Source of the DNA: an uncultured Chloroflexia bacterium | GTDB taxonomy: Bacteria > Chloroflexota > Limnocylindria > Limnocylindrales > CSP1-4 | Reading direction: 5' to 3' | NCBI GenBank assembly: GCA_963819655.1 | Contig: CAWFXA010000001.1 | Coordinates: 128,001-192,000, forward strand | DNA: 64,000 nt | Shown here: positions 19,273-28,215 of the stretch, one piece after another | How positions within the stretch are numbered: position 1 is the stretch's first letter | Layout: the number at the start of each line of letters is the position of its first letter | Made by a program: the position numbers and the translations under genes | The notes under the pieces: generated by a model | Databases searched by the model: none | What the model was told of the DNA's origin: nothing | Seen by the model: only the letters and a program-made list of their open reading frames with translations

Positions 19273-19764
19273 ATGCCCACGCTGAAGTCGGTCCGCCTCG
19301 AGCACCGGGGTGGCATGGCGTTCCACGCCGAGCCGTCGTCCGGCCACCCGCTCGACTTCGACGACCGGACCTCGAATACCGGCGGGAGCCCCGTCGAAAC
19401 CGTGCTGTCCGCCCTCGGGTCGTGTACTGGGATGGACGTCATCGCGATCCTGACCAAGAAACGCCAGGACGTGACCGGGTACCGGGTCGAGGTCAGCGGC
19501 ACCCAGCGCGATGAGTACCCGCAGGTCTACACGGAAGTCATCGTCACGCACGAGGTGGACGGCCGCGACCTGTCGGAGGCGGCGATCCGGCGCGCGATCG
19601 AGCTGTCAGCGCTGAAGTACTGCCCGGTCAACGCGATGGTGTCAGCGGGTGCCACCACGGTGCATCACCGCTACAAGATCCGTTCCGAGGGCGAGGTCAG
19701 CTACGCCACCGAGGGCGAGGTGATCGCGACCGGCCCGTACCGCAGACCGGACGTCGTCGGGTAG
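19273..19764 (+). CDS. OsmC/YhfA family protein
   Basis: SPVETVLSALGSCTGMDV...ELSALKYCPV. Confidence 0.88.
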   Translation: MPTLKSVRLEHRGGMAFHAEPSSGHPLDFDDRTSNTGGSPVETVLSALGSCTGMDVIAILTKKRQDVTGYRVEVSGTQRDEYPQVYTEVIVTHEVDGRDLSEAAIRRAIELSALKYCPVNAMVSAGATTVHHRYKIRSEGEVSYATEGEVIATGPYRRPDVVG

Positions 19765-19786
19765 CGACATCTGGCCCTGCGCGGGG

Positions 19787-19871
19787 CCTGTCGGCGGAGG
19801 AACCTGGGGTGCTCGCGCCGACGCTGACGCTGGCGGCGCTCCGCGCCCCAGGACCGCTCCGCCGCCACCCG
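19787..19871 (+). repeat. 85-bp self-palindromic element, copy 1 (inverted relative to copy 2)
   Basis: Matches the reverse complement of 20574-20658 with about 3 mismatches. Confidence 0.9.
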
Positions 19872-19969
19872 TCCCACGGTCGCGCACCCCGACCGCGAGA
19901 ACCTAACGCCTACTAGTTTGATAGGACTCATATGGTATCGTCGACGTCCCCAGTCACGAGGAGCCCGAC

Positions 19970-20499
19970 ATGCCATCTGCGATCCCGAACGGTGCCACCG
20001 CGAGCCTGCCACCGGCAGGCAAGATCGACCCCCGCGGGACATCGATTCGGCGCCGGCGTCTCGGCGGTGCTGCTCATCGTGGCGGCATTGGCGAACACGC
20101 CCTGGCTTGTCGCGGTCGTCCTCGTCGTCGATCGGCGTGAGCGCGGCGTTCGGTCTCCGCTACTCGATATACGGCGCCATCTGGCGGCGGATCGTCAAGG
20201 TGGCACGCCTCGGTCCGGCCGAGCCGGAGCACGAGTATCCGCCCCGGTTCGCGCAGGTCCTCGGGAGCACGGCGCTCGTCCTGTCACTCATCGCTTTCGC
20301 CGTCGGGGCGCCGTTCGTGGGCTGGCTATTCGCCCTCGCGGTCGCCGCGCTCCAGAGCCTCCTCGCGATCACCGGCTACTGCCTCGGCTGCCGCCTGTAC
20401 TTCCTGCGCTGGTGGGTCCCCGACCTGCTGACACGCATCTGGACCGGCCGCGCCCCGACCGTGAGCCGACTCGTGACGGAGCCAATCGAGTACCGCTGA
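19970..20499 (+). CDS. DUF4395 family membrane protein (two frameshifts, near 20035 and 20125)
   Basis: Reconstructed KIDPRGHRFGAGVSAVLL...PPRFAQVLG...ITGYCLGCRLY; SD GAGGAG upstream of ATG 19970. Confidence 0.8.
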
Positions 20500-20573
20500 C
20501 GCGGCCATCGCCAAATCCCAGCCAAAGTAGGGCGGCAGCGCAGTCAGGCGGGCGACCCGCGCCGAACCGTCGG

Positions 20574-20658
20574 CGGGTGGCGGCGGAGTGGTCCTGGGGC
20601 GCGGAGCGCCGCCAGCGATAGCGTCGGCGCGAGCACCCCAGGTTCCTCCGCCGACAGG
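20574..20658 (-). repeat. 85-bp self-palindromic element, copy 2
   Basis: Inverted copy of 19787-19871. Confidence 0.9.
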
Positions 20659-20686
20659 ACCCGAATTCGTTCCGACCAAGAGCGAT

Positions 20687-20721
20687 TGCATGACTATGCA
20701 GGCGTGATGTATAGTCATGCG
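20687..20721 (+). promoter_or_regulatory. Tandem ARG boxes (ArgR operator) overlapping a -10 element
   Basis: TGCATGACTATGCA (20687-20700) and TGTATAGTCATGCG (20708-20721) upstream of an arg operon that includes argR. Confidence 0.85.
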
Positions 20722-20792
20722 CCCATGACGACGGTCCATCCGTTCCCTGCGAGCAACCCGAGCCAGCCGCCGGTGAGCGGCCACGTGCGCCA

Positions 20793-21950
20793 GTGAGCGC
20801 GGGGCTCGGATCGCCCGCGGCGATCGCGACGGACCAGTCGTCGGGGTTCCTCCCGCGCACCGAACGGGGCATCCGCCCTGACGGGGGGCCACGCCGGATC
20901 CGCGTCGGCATCATCGGTGCGACGGGCTACGTCGGTGCCGAACTCATCCGCTTGCTGTCGCGCCATCCCAACGTCGACATCGTCGGACTCGCCGGTCGCG
21001 ACCGCCAGGACGACCCGATCGGTGGCCACCACCCGCATCTCGCGCAGACCGACCTCATCGTCGGGACGCGCCTCCCGCAGGTCGACGCCGCGTTCCTCGC
21101 CCTCCCCCACGGGGCGGCCGCCAGCCTCGTCCCGGACCTCGTCGCCGACGGCACGGCGGTCATCGACCTCGGTCCCGACTTCCGCCTGCGCGATCCGGCC
21201 GACTACCCGCACTGGTATGGCTTCGAGCACCCGCGCCCCGATCTCCTCGAGCGTGCCGTGTACGGCCTGCCCGAGCTGCACCGGGCGGAGCTCACGCGGC
21301 TCGTCGACGCCGAGATCGCCATCGTCGGCTCGCCCGGCTGCTACCCGACGGCGACGTTGATCGCGCTCGCGCCGCTAGCCCGAGCCGGGCTGATCGGCGA
21401 CCTCGTGGTCGATGCCAAGAGCGGCGTCTCCGGCGCGGGCCGCGACCCGAAGCCCGAGATGATGTTCGGCGAGGTCAACGAGAGCGTGAAGGCGTACGGC
21501 CTGGGCGGCCATCGCCACGTCGCCGAGATCGAGCAGGAGCTGGGCCTGGTCGCGGCTCGGGAAGGGCTCGACCCAGGCGCCAACCCGGGCGCTATCGCGG
21601 TCGACTTCCTCCCCCATCTGATCCCGATGACGCGCGGCATCCTGTCGACCGGCCACGTCCGGCCGACCCGCCAGATCACCCAGCCCGAGCTCGACGAGCT
21701 GTATCGCGCCACCTACGCGGACGAGCCGTTCGTCACGGTCGTGCCCGCACCGCCGGCGACGAAGCACACGACCGGCAGCAACAACGTGCTGGTCCACGTC
21801 CGCCTCGACGAGCGGATCGGGCGGATCGTCGCGATCGGCGTCGAGGACAACCTGGTCAAGGGCGCCGCCGGTCAGGCGGTGCAGGCATTCAACCTGGTCC
21901 ACGGGCTGCCAGAAACGGCCGGCCTCGAGCAGCTCCCGCTGGCGCCGTAG
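20793..21950 (+). CDS. argC: N-acetyl-gamma-glutamyl-phosphate reductase
   Basis: IIGATGYVG, FLALPHG, YGLPEL, PGCYPTA, SGVSGAGR, HRHVAEI, DNLVKGAAGQAVQ. Confidence 0.95.
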   Translation: MSAGLGSPAAIATDQSSGFLPRTERGIRPDGGPRRIRVGIIGATGYVGAELIRLLSRHPNVDIVGLAGRDRQDDPIGGHHPHLAQTDLIVGTRLPQVDAAFLALPHGAAASLVPDLVADGTAVIDLGPDFRLRDPADYPHWYGFEHPRPDLLERAVYGLPELHRAELTRLVDAEIAIVGSPGCYPTATLIALAPLARAGLIGDLVVDAKSGVSGAGRDPKPEMMFGEVNESVKAYGLGGHRHVAEIEQELGLVAAREGLDPGANPGAIAVDFLPHLIPMTRGILSTGHVRPTRQITQPELDELYRATYADEPFVTVVPAPPATKHTTGSNNVLVHVRLDERIGRIVAIGVEDNLVKGAAGQAVQAFNLVHGLPETAGLEQLPLAP

Positions 21951-23314
21951 ATGGCTGTCACGACGCTGGTCTCGCCACCGCTGCCATCAGTCGAGCGGCG
22001 GCCCGCCCTGCCGGCTGGGTTCGTCGCCGGCGGGACGACGGCGGGGATCAAGGCATCGGGCCGGCCGGATCTCGCGCTGATCGTGGCGACGGGCGGTCCC
22101 GCAGCAGCCGCTGCCGTCTTCACCCCGAACGCCTTCGCGGCCGCTCCCGTGAAGCGATCGCGGGCCAATCTCGCGGCCACGTCTGGCGACCGGCGCGGCG
22201 GGTTCGGGTTCGCCTCCGCGGTGATCTCGACCAGTGGCTGCGCGAACGCGGCGACCGGCGCGGCCGGTGATGCCGATCAGGATGCCGTCGGCCGGCTGGT
22301 GGCCGGAGCGTGCGGCATCGACGAACGGCACGTCCTCCACCTCTCGACCGGAATCATCGGGACGCGACTGCCGCTCGATCGCGTCGAGGCGGGGGTCGGC
22401 AACCTGTATCCCGCATTGAGCGGCGACGATGGCGGCCTCCAAGCTGCTGCCGAGGCGCTGCGGACGACCGATTCCGTCGCTCAAGGCGGCCACGACGACG
22501 CTCGTTCTACCGGCGGCGGACGGCGAGCCCGTGACCGTGACGATCACCGGGATCGCGAAGGGCGTCGGGATGATCCACCCGAACATGGCGACGATGCTGT
22601 CGGTCGTGCTGACCGACGCCGCGGCCGCGCCCGAGGTCCTGTGGAGCGTCCTGCGTCCCGCGGCTGCGCGCACATGGGATCAGCTGTCGGTCGATGGCGA
22701 TAGCAGCACAAACGACACGGTCTTCGTCCTGGCGTCGGGTGCCGCGGCCAACGCACCGCTCGCCGCAGGCAGTCACGGCGCCATGGCGTTCGAGTCGGCG
22801 TTGGAGGCCGTCGCACGCGACCTGGCCCGGCAGCAGGCAGCCGATGGCGAGGGCGCCACGATCCTCATCACGGCCTCGGTGATCGGCGCCGTGGACGACG
22901 CGGACGCTCGCGCGGTGGCCCGCGCAGTCATCTCGAGCAGCCTCGTCAAGGCAGCCGCGCACGGCAAGGACCCGAACTGGGGTCGGATCGCCGGAGCCGC
23001 CGGGAACGCGACGACGGCGTCCGCCGCCGTGCTGCGAGGCGGCCGGACTGGCCCCGGACGCGGCTGCCGCCCGCGCCTCGCAGCCCGCACAGCTCGACCC
23101 CGACCGGCTCCGTATCTCGATCGCCGGTCACCTCGTGTTCGATGGCTCGAAAAGCGGCCCGCTCGACTTCGATCGAGCGGCGGCCCGCGCGGCGATGGAT
23201 GCCCCGGAGCTGCTGATCGAGCTCGATCTCGGGCTCGGTGACGGCGTCGGCGAGGCCTTCGGCTGCGACCTGACCCAGGAATACGTCATCGAGAACAGCG
23301 AGTACACGACGTGA
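21951..23314 (+). CDS. argJ: Bifunctional ornithine acetyltransferase/N-acetylglutamate synthase (frameshifts near 22480 and 23035)
   Basis: GIKASGRPDL, SGCANAATG, STGIIG; next frame AKGVGMIHPNMATML, VDGDSSTND, DGEGAT, DPNWGRI; third frame FGCDLTQEYVIENSEYTT. Confidence 0.9.
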
Positions 23315-24096
23315 GCGAGATCCTGGTCGTCAAGCTCGGCGGCACGACGATCGCGGAGCAGTCGGGAGTCCTCGCGGACGTGGCGGCCGTGGCGCGACGG
23401 CGGCCGGTCGTGCTCGTCCATGGCGGCGGCAAGCGCATCACGGAGTGGCTCGAGCGGCTCGGCGTGCCGTCGAAGTTCGAGGGCGGGCTACGCGTCACGG
23501 ACGCCCAGTCGCTGGAGGTCGCCGCCGCCGTCCTGCGCGGCGTCGTCAACAGCGAGCTCGTGGCAGGGCTGCGCGACCTCGGCGTCGACGCGGTCGGCCT
23601 GTCCGGGGTCGACGGCGGGCTGCTGATCGCCGAGCGGATCCCGCACCTCGGCCTCGTCGCCAGCGTGACGGGCCTGCGGCGCGACCTGCTCGATGCGGTC
23701 CTCGTGTCGGGGCAGGTCCCGGTCGTCGCGCCTCTCGCACGCGATGCCGACGGGATCGTCTGCAACGTCAACGCCGACGACGCCGCCGCCGGCATCGCCG
23801 CCGGTCTCGGGGCTCGCCAGCTGGTCCTGCTCACCGACGTCGACGGAGTGCGCGACGCGGACGGCCACAAGCTCGACACGTTGACCGTCGCCGAGGCCGA
23901 CCACCTCATCGACACGGGCGTGATCGCCGGTGGCATGGTGCCCAAGATCCGGGCCGCGCTTTCCGCGCTCGGCTGGGAGGGCGCTGAGGCGATCATCGCC
24001 GACTCAGGAGCGGAGAGTGCCCTCGAGCGGGCGCTCGCCGATCCGACATTCGGCACGCGGATCACCGCCACGCGCCAGGCGGTCGGCGCGGCATGA
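23311..24096 (+). CDS. argB: Acetylglutamate kinase
   Basis: VVKLGG, VHGGG, GLRVTD, NVNADD, LTDVDGV, GGMVPK. Confidence 0.95.
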   Translation: MSEILVVKLGGTTIAEQSGVLADVAAVARRRPVVLVHGGGKRITEWLERLGVPSKFEGGLRVTDAQSLEVAAAVLRGVVNSELVAGLRDLGVDAVGLSGVDGGLLIAERIPHLGLVASVTGLRRDLLDAVLVSGQVPVVAPLARDADGIVCNVNADDAAAGIAAGLGARQLVLLTDVDGVRDADGHKLDTLTVAEADHLIDTGVIAGGMVPKIRAALSALGWEGAEAIIADSGAESALERALADPTFGTRITATRQAVGAA

Positions 24097-24623
24097 GTGG
24101 TCTGACCCCCGGCCAGGAGCTCAAGCGGCTGCGCCAGCGGGCCATCCGCCAGCTCATCGCCTCGCGGCCGGTCGGCAGCCAGCGCGAGCTGGTCGACGCA
24201 TTGATCGATCAGGGGTTCGATGTCACGCAGGCCACGGTCAGCCGCGACATCACCGAGCTCGGACTCCTCAAGGCGCCACGCACCGACGGCCACGTCTACA
24301 TGTCGCCCGAGGACGTCGCCGCTCGGCCGCCGGCGCCCGCGTCGTCGACGTCGGCCGGCGCCGACGAGCGCCTGCGGCGGATCCTCGCCGACGTCCCGGT
24401 CACGGTCGGGCGCAGCGGCCTGATCCTCGTCCTCACCGGCACCCCGGGCACCGCCAGCGTCGTCGCCCAGGCGATCGACGAATCGAGCCTGCGCGAGCAG
24501 GAGGGCACGCTGGCCGGTGACAATACGCTCCTGGTCCTGTTCGCCGATGAAGCCCGTCTGGAGCGCTGGCTCGCGCGGTTCGAGGCCATCGCCCGTTCGA
24601 TCCCGGAGGTCCCCGTCTCGTGA
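24093..24623 (+). CDS. argR: Arginine repressor
   Basis: SQRELV, VTQATVSRDITELG, GTLAGDNTL. Confidence 0.93.
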   Translation: MSGLTPGQELKRLRQRAIRQLIASRPVGSQRELVDALIDQGFDVTQATVSRDITELGLLKAPRTDGHVYMSPEDVAARPPAPASSTSAGADERLRRILADVPVTVGRSGLILVLTGTPGTASVVAQAIDESSLREQEGTLAGDNTLLVLFADEARLERWLARFEAIARSIPEVPVS

Positions 24624-25903
24624 AGAAGGTCGTTCTCGCGTATTCCGGCGGTCTCGATACGTCGGTCGCCGTCGCCTGGCTCAGGGAGCAGTACGACGCC
24701 GAAGTCGTGACCCTGACGGTCGATCTCGGGGGTGGTTCGCTGCGGCCCGGCGTCGAGCGGCGAGCGATGTCGGCCGGCGCGTCACGCGCCTATGTCATCG
24801 ATGCCCGCGAGCGCTTCGTCACCGACTACGTCTGGCCGCACCTCCAGGCGAACGCGCTGTACCAAGGGGCGTATCCGCTGGCGACGGCGCTTGCGCGGCC
24901 GCTGATCGCACAGCTGCTCGTCGAGGTCGCCCGGCGCGAGGGCGCCGATGCCGTCGCCCACGGTTGCACCGGCAAGGGCAACGACCAGGTGCGGTTCGAC
25001 GTCGCGACGCACGCCCTCGACCCGGGGCTCGAGGTCGTCGCGCCGATGCGCGTCGGGATGGGGCTCACGCGCGACCAGGAGATCGACTACGCGAACGAGC
25101 GCGGCATCGAGATCCCGATCACCAAGGAGTCGCCATACTCGATCGACGTGAACCTGTGGGGTCGATCGTGTGAGACCGGTGTCCTCGAGGATCCCTGGGT
25201 CACGCCGCCGCCCGACGCCTACGAGTGGACGGTCGCGCCGTCCGATGCGCCGGATCCGGTCGAGATCGTCATCGACTTCGAGGGCGGCGTGCCCGTCGCG
25301 CTTGACGGGGAGCGGCTTGCGTCGGTCGAGCTCGTCGAGCGCCTGCACACGCTGGGTGGCGCCCACGGCATCGGCCGGATCGACCATGTCGAGGACCGGC
25401 TGGTCGGCATCAAGAGTCGCGAGATCTACGAGACGCCGGCCGCGACGATCCTGCACACGGCGCATCGCGCGCTCGAGGGGCTGACGCTGACGAAGGACAC
25501 GCTGCGGTTCGACCGGCTCGTCGCCGACGAGCTGTCGCGGCTCATCTACGACGGGTTGTGGTTCAGCGCCCTGTCGCGCGACCTGCGGGCATACGTTGCG
25601 TCGTCGCAGCGGGTGGTGTCGGGCGAGGTGCGGATGCGGCTCGATCACGGGTCCGCCGTGGTCGCCGGCCGGAAGTCCCCGCTGTCGCTGTACGACAAGA
25701 GCCTGGCCACGTACGACGAGGGCGATGCGTTCGACCACGCCAGTGCGGTCGGGTTCATCGAGATCTTCGGGTTGCCGCTGCGGGTCGAGGCGGCGCGCCA
25801 TGGCGCGGTCGGCGCGCGCTACGGGGCCGCATGGTCGTGGACCGACCCGTTGCTGGAGTCGCTCCCGACGACGGTCACCGATCCGGAGCCGGCCGCGGTT
25901 TAG
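24620..25903 (+). CDS. argG: Argininosuccinate synthase
   Basis: LAYSGGLDTS, HGCTGKGNDQVRF, YSIDVNLWGRS, RLVGIKSREIYE. Confidence 0.96.
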   Translation: MKKVVLAYSGGLDTSVAVAWLREQYDAEVVTLTVDLGGGSLRPGVERRAMSAGASRAYVIDARERFVTDYVWPHLQANALYQGAYPLATALARPLIAQLLVEVARREGADAVAHGCTGKGNDQVRFDVATHALDPGLEVVAPMRVGMGLTRDQEIDYANERGIEIPITKESPYSIDVNLWGRSCETGVLEDPWVTPPPDAYEWTVAPSDAPDPVEIVIDFEGGVPVALDGERLASVELVERLHTLGGAHGIGRIDHVEDRLVGIKSREIYETPAATILHTAHRALEGLTLTKDTLRFDRLVADELSRLIYDGLWFSALSRDLRAYVASSQRVVSGEVRMRLDHGSAVVAGRKSPLSLYDKSLATYDEGDAFDHASAVGFIEIFGLPLRVEAARHGAVGARYGAAWSWTDPLLESLPTTVTDPEPAAV

Positions 25904-25932
25904 TCCGCTCCCGGCACCGGCGCCGCGAGCGA

Positions 25933-26052
25933 TGTTTGTGTGAGACACGCTTTCGGATGAATGGGCACGCGCCGATCTCCCAGACTGCAGTCCAGTGTCG
26001 TCTGGGCGATCGATCCCGCACGGCTGTGTGAAAGGTGTGTCTGACACAAACA
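25933..26052. repeat. About 120-bp imperfect palindrome (REP/MITE-like or structured RNA)
   Basis: Arms TGTTTGTGTGAGACACGCTTTC / GAAAGGTGTGTCTGACACAAACA; inner stem CGATCTCCCAGAC / GTCTGGGCGATCG. Confidence 0.75.
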
Positions 26053-26098
26053 ATGTCGGGGTGAGCGACACCGGGCGCCCGTGCGCCATGATCGGCTC

Positions 26099-27319
26099 GT
26101 GACGACGGATCGAGCGACGACCAGCGGCAATGTCCGCGAGCTCGCGTTCCTGCACGAGATCGCCCAGCTGGCGACCCAGGCACGCGACTGGGACGAGCTC
26201 ATGCGCTCGATCGTCGACGGCACGACCGCCGCGATGGGCGTCGAAGTCTGCTCGTTCTACCTCGCCGATCACGAGCACAGCCGGCTGACGCTCGCGGCGA
26301 CCAACGGGCTCGACCGATCGCAGGTCGGCCGGGTGAGCCTGGCCTGGGGCGAGGGCATCACGGGTCGGGTCGCGGCCCACCAGCGACCGATCGCCGTCGA
26401 GGACGTGACCCGCGATGACCGCTTCGCGTGGGTCCGCGGCTTCGACATCGAGGGGCTCGCCGGGATGTTGTCGGTGCCGCTCGTGTGGCACGACGAGGTG
26501 GTCGGCGTGCTCAACGTCCAGACCCGGGCCGTCCGCCGCTTCGAGCCCGAGGAGATCGACCTCCTGCAGACCATCGCCGCGCTGCTCGCCGGCATCGTCG
26601 AGAAGGGACGCCTGACCGCCGAGGTCGAGGCCAGGCTCGCCCAGCTCACCGCGCTCGACGCCGCACGGTCGGAGCTGCTCAGCGTGGTGACCCACGAGCT
26701 GCGGACGCCGCTGTCGATCGTCCGGGTCTACGTCGATCTCCTGTCCGAGGCGGCCACGGCCACCGACGCCGGCGACTGGCGCGACGCCGCGAACGACCAG
26801 CTCGCCCGCCTCGACCGCCTCGTCGATTCGATCCTGGCGTCGGTGCGCGGCGAGGGCCTGTCCGGCCTGTCGCGGGCGCCGTTCGACGCGGTCCGTGCGG
26901 TCGATGACGTGGTCGAGACGCTCCGGCTCCTCCTTCGACCGCACCCGATCCGCTGGGAGCGACCGCCGGACCCGCTCGTGGCCGTCGGGGACGAGACGCG
27001 CTTCCGGCAGGTCCTCGAACAGCTGCTCGAGAACGAATCGAAATACGCGCCGACCGAGGAGGGCGTCAGCATCGGGATCTGGCGCCTCGGCGACGAGGTC
27101 CAGGTCTACGTCACCGACGACGGGCCGGGCGTGCCGGTCGAGGACTGGGAGAGCGTGTTCGAGCCGTTCGTCAGGCTCGAGGGGCGGGGCCGCTCACGCG
27201 GGTCGGGCATCGGCCTGTTCGCCGCGCGCAGGCTGATGACGGCGATGGGCGGCCGCGTCTTCCTCGAGTCGAATGGATATGGCGGGTCGCGGTTCGTGGT
27301 GGGTCTGCCCGCCGGCTGA
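26099..27319 (+). CDS. Cytoplasmic GAF-domain sensor histidine kinase
   Basis: GAF domain (CSFYL, GEGITGRVA, LSVPL, GVLNVQ), HisKA THELRTPL, HATPase VTDDGPG, VFEPF, GSGIGL. Confidence 0.92.
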   Translation: MTTDRATTSGNVRELAFLHEIAQLATQARDWDELMRSIVDGTTAAMGVEVCSFYLADHEHSRLTLAATNGLDRSQVGRVSLAWGEGITGRVAAHQRPIAVEDVTRDDRFAWVRGFDIEGLAGMLSVPLVWHDEVVGVLNVQTRAVRRFEPEEIDLLQTIAALLAGIVEKGRLTAEVEARLAQLTALDAARSELLSVVTHELRTPLSIVRVYVDLLSEAATATDAGDWRDAANDQLARLDRLVDSILASVRGEGLSGLSRAPFDAVRAVDDVVETLRLLLRPHPIRWERPPDPLVAVGDETRFRQVLEQLLENESKYAPTEEGVSIGIWRLGDEVQVYVTDDGPGVPVEDWESVFEPFVRLEGRGRSRGSGIGLFAARRLMTAMGGRVFLESNGYGGSRFVVGLPAG

Positions 27320-27399
27320 ACGGGCCGCGTCCTCCCGTTTTTGCGGCAGTGCACCGGATCACCATTGACAGCGCATCGATGGAGCCGGACGCTGCGCCC

Positions 27400-27558
27400 A
27401 TGAGCGACCCGTTCGATGGCGCTGGCGATCCCTACAAAGGCTCGACGTACCGCGGCTGGATCCTCGTCGCGATCGTCTGCATAGTCGTGATCGTGCTGCT
27501 ATGGCTGGCCTACGGCGAGGCGCTCGACCTCCTGCCCGCCGGGAATCCCGCCAGCTAG
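27400..27558 (+). CDS. Small single-TM hypothetical protein
   Basis: Clean hydrophobic segment GWILVAIVCIVVIVLLWLAY. Confidence 0.55.
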   Translation: MSDPFDGAGDPYKGSTYRGWILVAIVCIVVIVLLWLAYGEALDLLPAGNPAS

Positions 27559-27737
27559 GTCGCTGCGGCCGTCTCCGGGCCGTCGTCGAGCACCCGGAAG
27601 CGCTGCAGGACCTCGATCGCATCGAGCAACTGTCGACAGAATTCGTCGCGCTCCGTCTCGGTGAGCCCGAGCCATCGAAGCGCGAATTCGCGTTCGCCAG
27701 GCTCGAACGCCGCCCAATCCTCGTCGGTCATTCCCAT
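27555..27737 (-). CDS. Small acidic helical hypothetical protein
   Basis: MGMTDEDWAAFEPGEREFALRW...; GAGGG SD-like sequence upstream; non-shadow composition. Confidence 0.5.
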   Translation of the reverse strand: MGMTDEDWAAFEPGEREFALRWLGLTETERDEFCRQLLDAIEVLQRFRVLDDGPETAAAT

Positions 27738-27889
27738 GTTTTCCCTCAGCCGCATCTGCCGGCCCGACCCGGCTGTCATGCGGATGCAAGCCTACCGCAA
27801 GCCCAGACGCCCGCAAGGCGTGCCGACTGTCGGGTCGAGCGTGGTGTCATTGCGCATGACCCCCGAAACCCGCCACACAGAGGAGAGTC

Positions 27890-28105
27890 ATGCTTGACCC
27901 ACAGACGCGCCAGCAGCTCCAGACGAAGTTCCAGCAGATCAAGCCGCAGCTCAAGGGACAGTTCAGCGGCTTGAGCGATCAGGACCTCGACGTGGGCCGG
28001 AGCGATCCGGACACGCTGATCGAGACGATCAGCCGCAAGACCGGCCAGGGCCGTGAGCAGGTCGAGAAGACCGTTCGCCAGCTCGTCGTTTCGACGAACA
28101 TCTAG
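27890..28105 (+). CDS. CsbD/YjbJ-like stress protein
   Basis: KFQQIKPQLKGQFSGLSDQDL...ISRKTGQGREQVEK resembles YjbJ; SD GAGGAG. Confidence 0.7.
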   Translation: MLDPQTRQQLQTKFQQIKPQLKGQFSGLSDQDLDVGRSDPDTLIETISRKTGQGREQVEKTVRQLVVSTNI

Positions 28106-28121
28106 AGTCTGCCCGCGCCTC

Positions 28122-28157
28122 AGGAAGGGGCCTGTCCTTCGGGACCGGCCCCTTCCT
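28122..28157. terminator. Stem-loop with cUUCGg tetraloop between convergent genes
   Basis: AGGAAGGGGCCTGTCC-TTCG-GGACCGGCCCCTTCCT. Confidence 0.7.
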
Positions 28158-28215
28158 CATGTCTGGCGCGCGGCTGCGCCGCCGACCCCGGGCCGGCGCG
28201 GCTGGCCGAGCCGCT

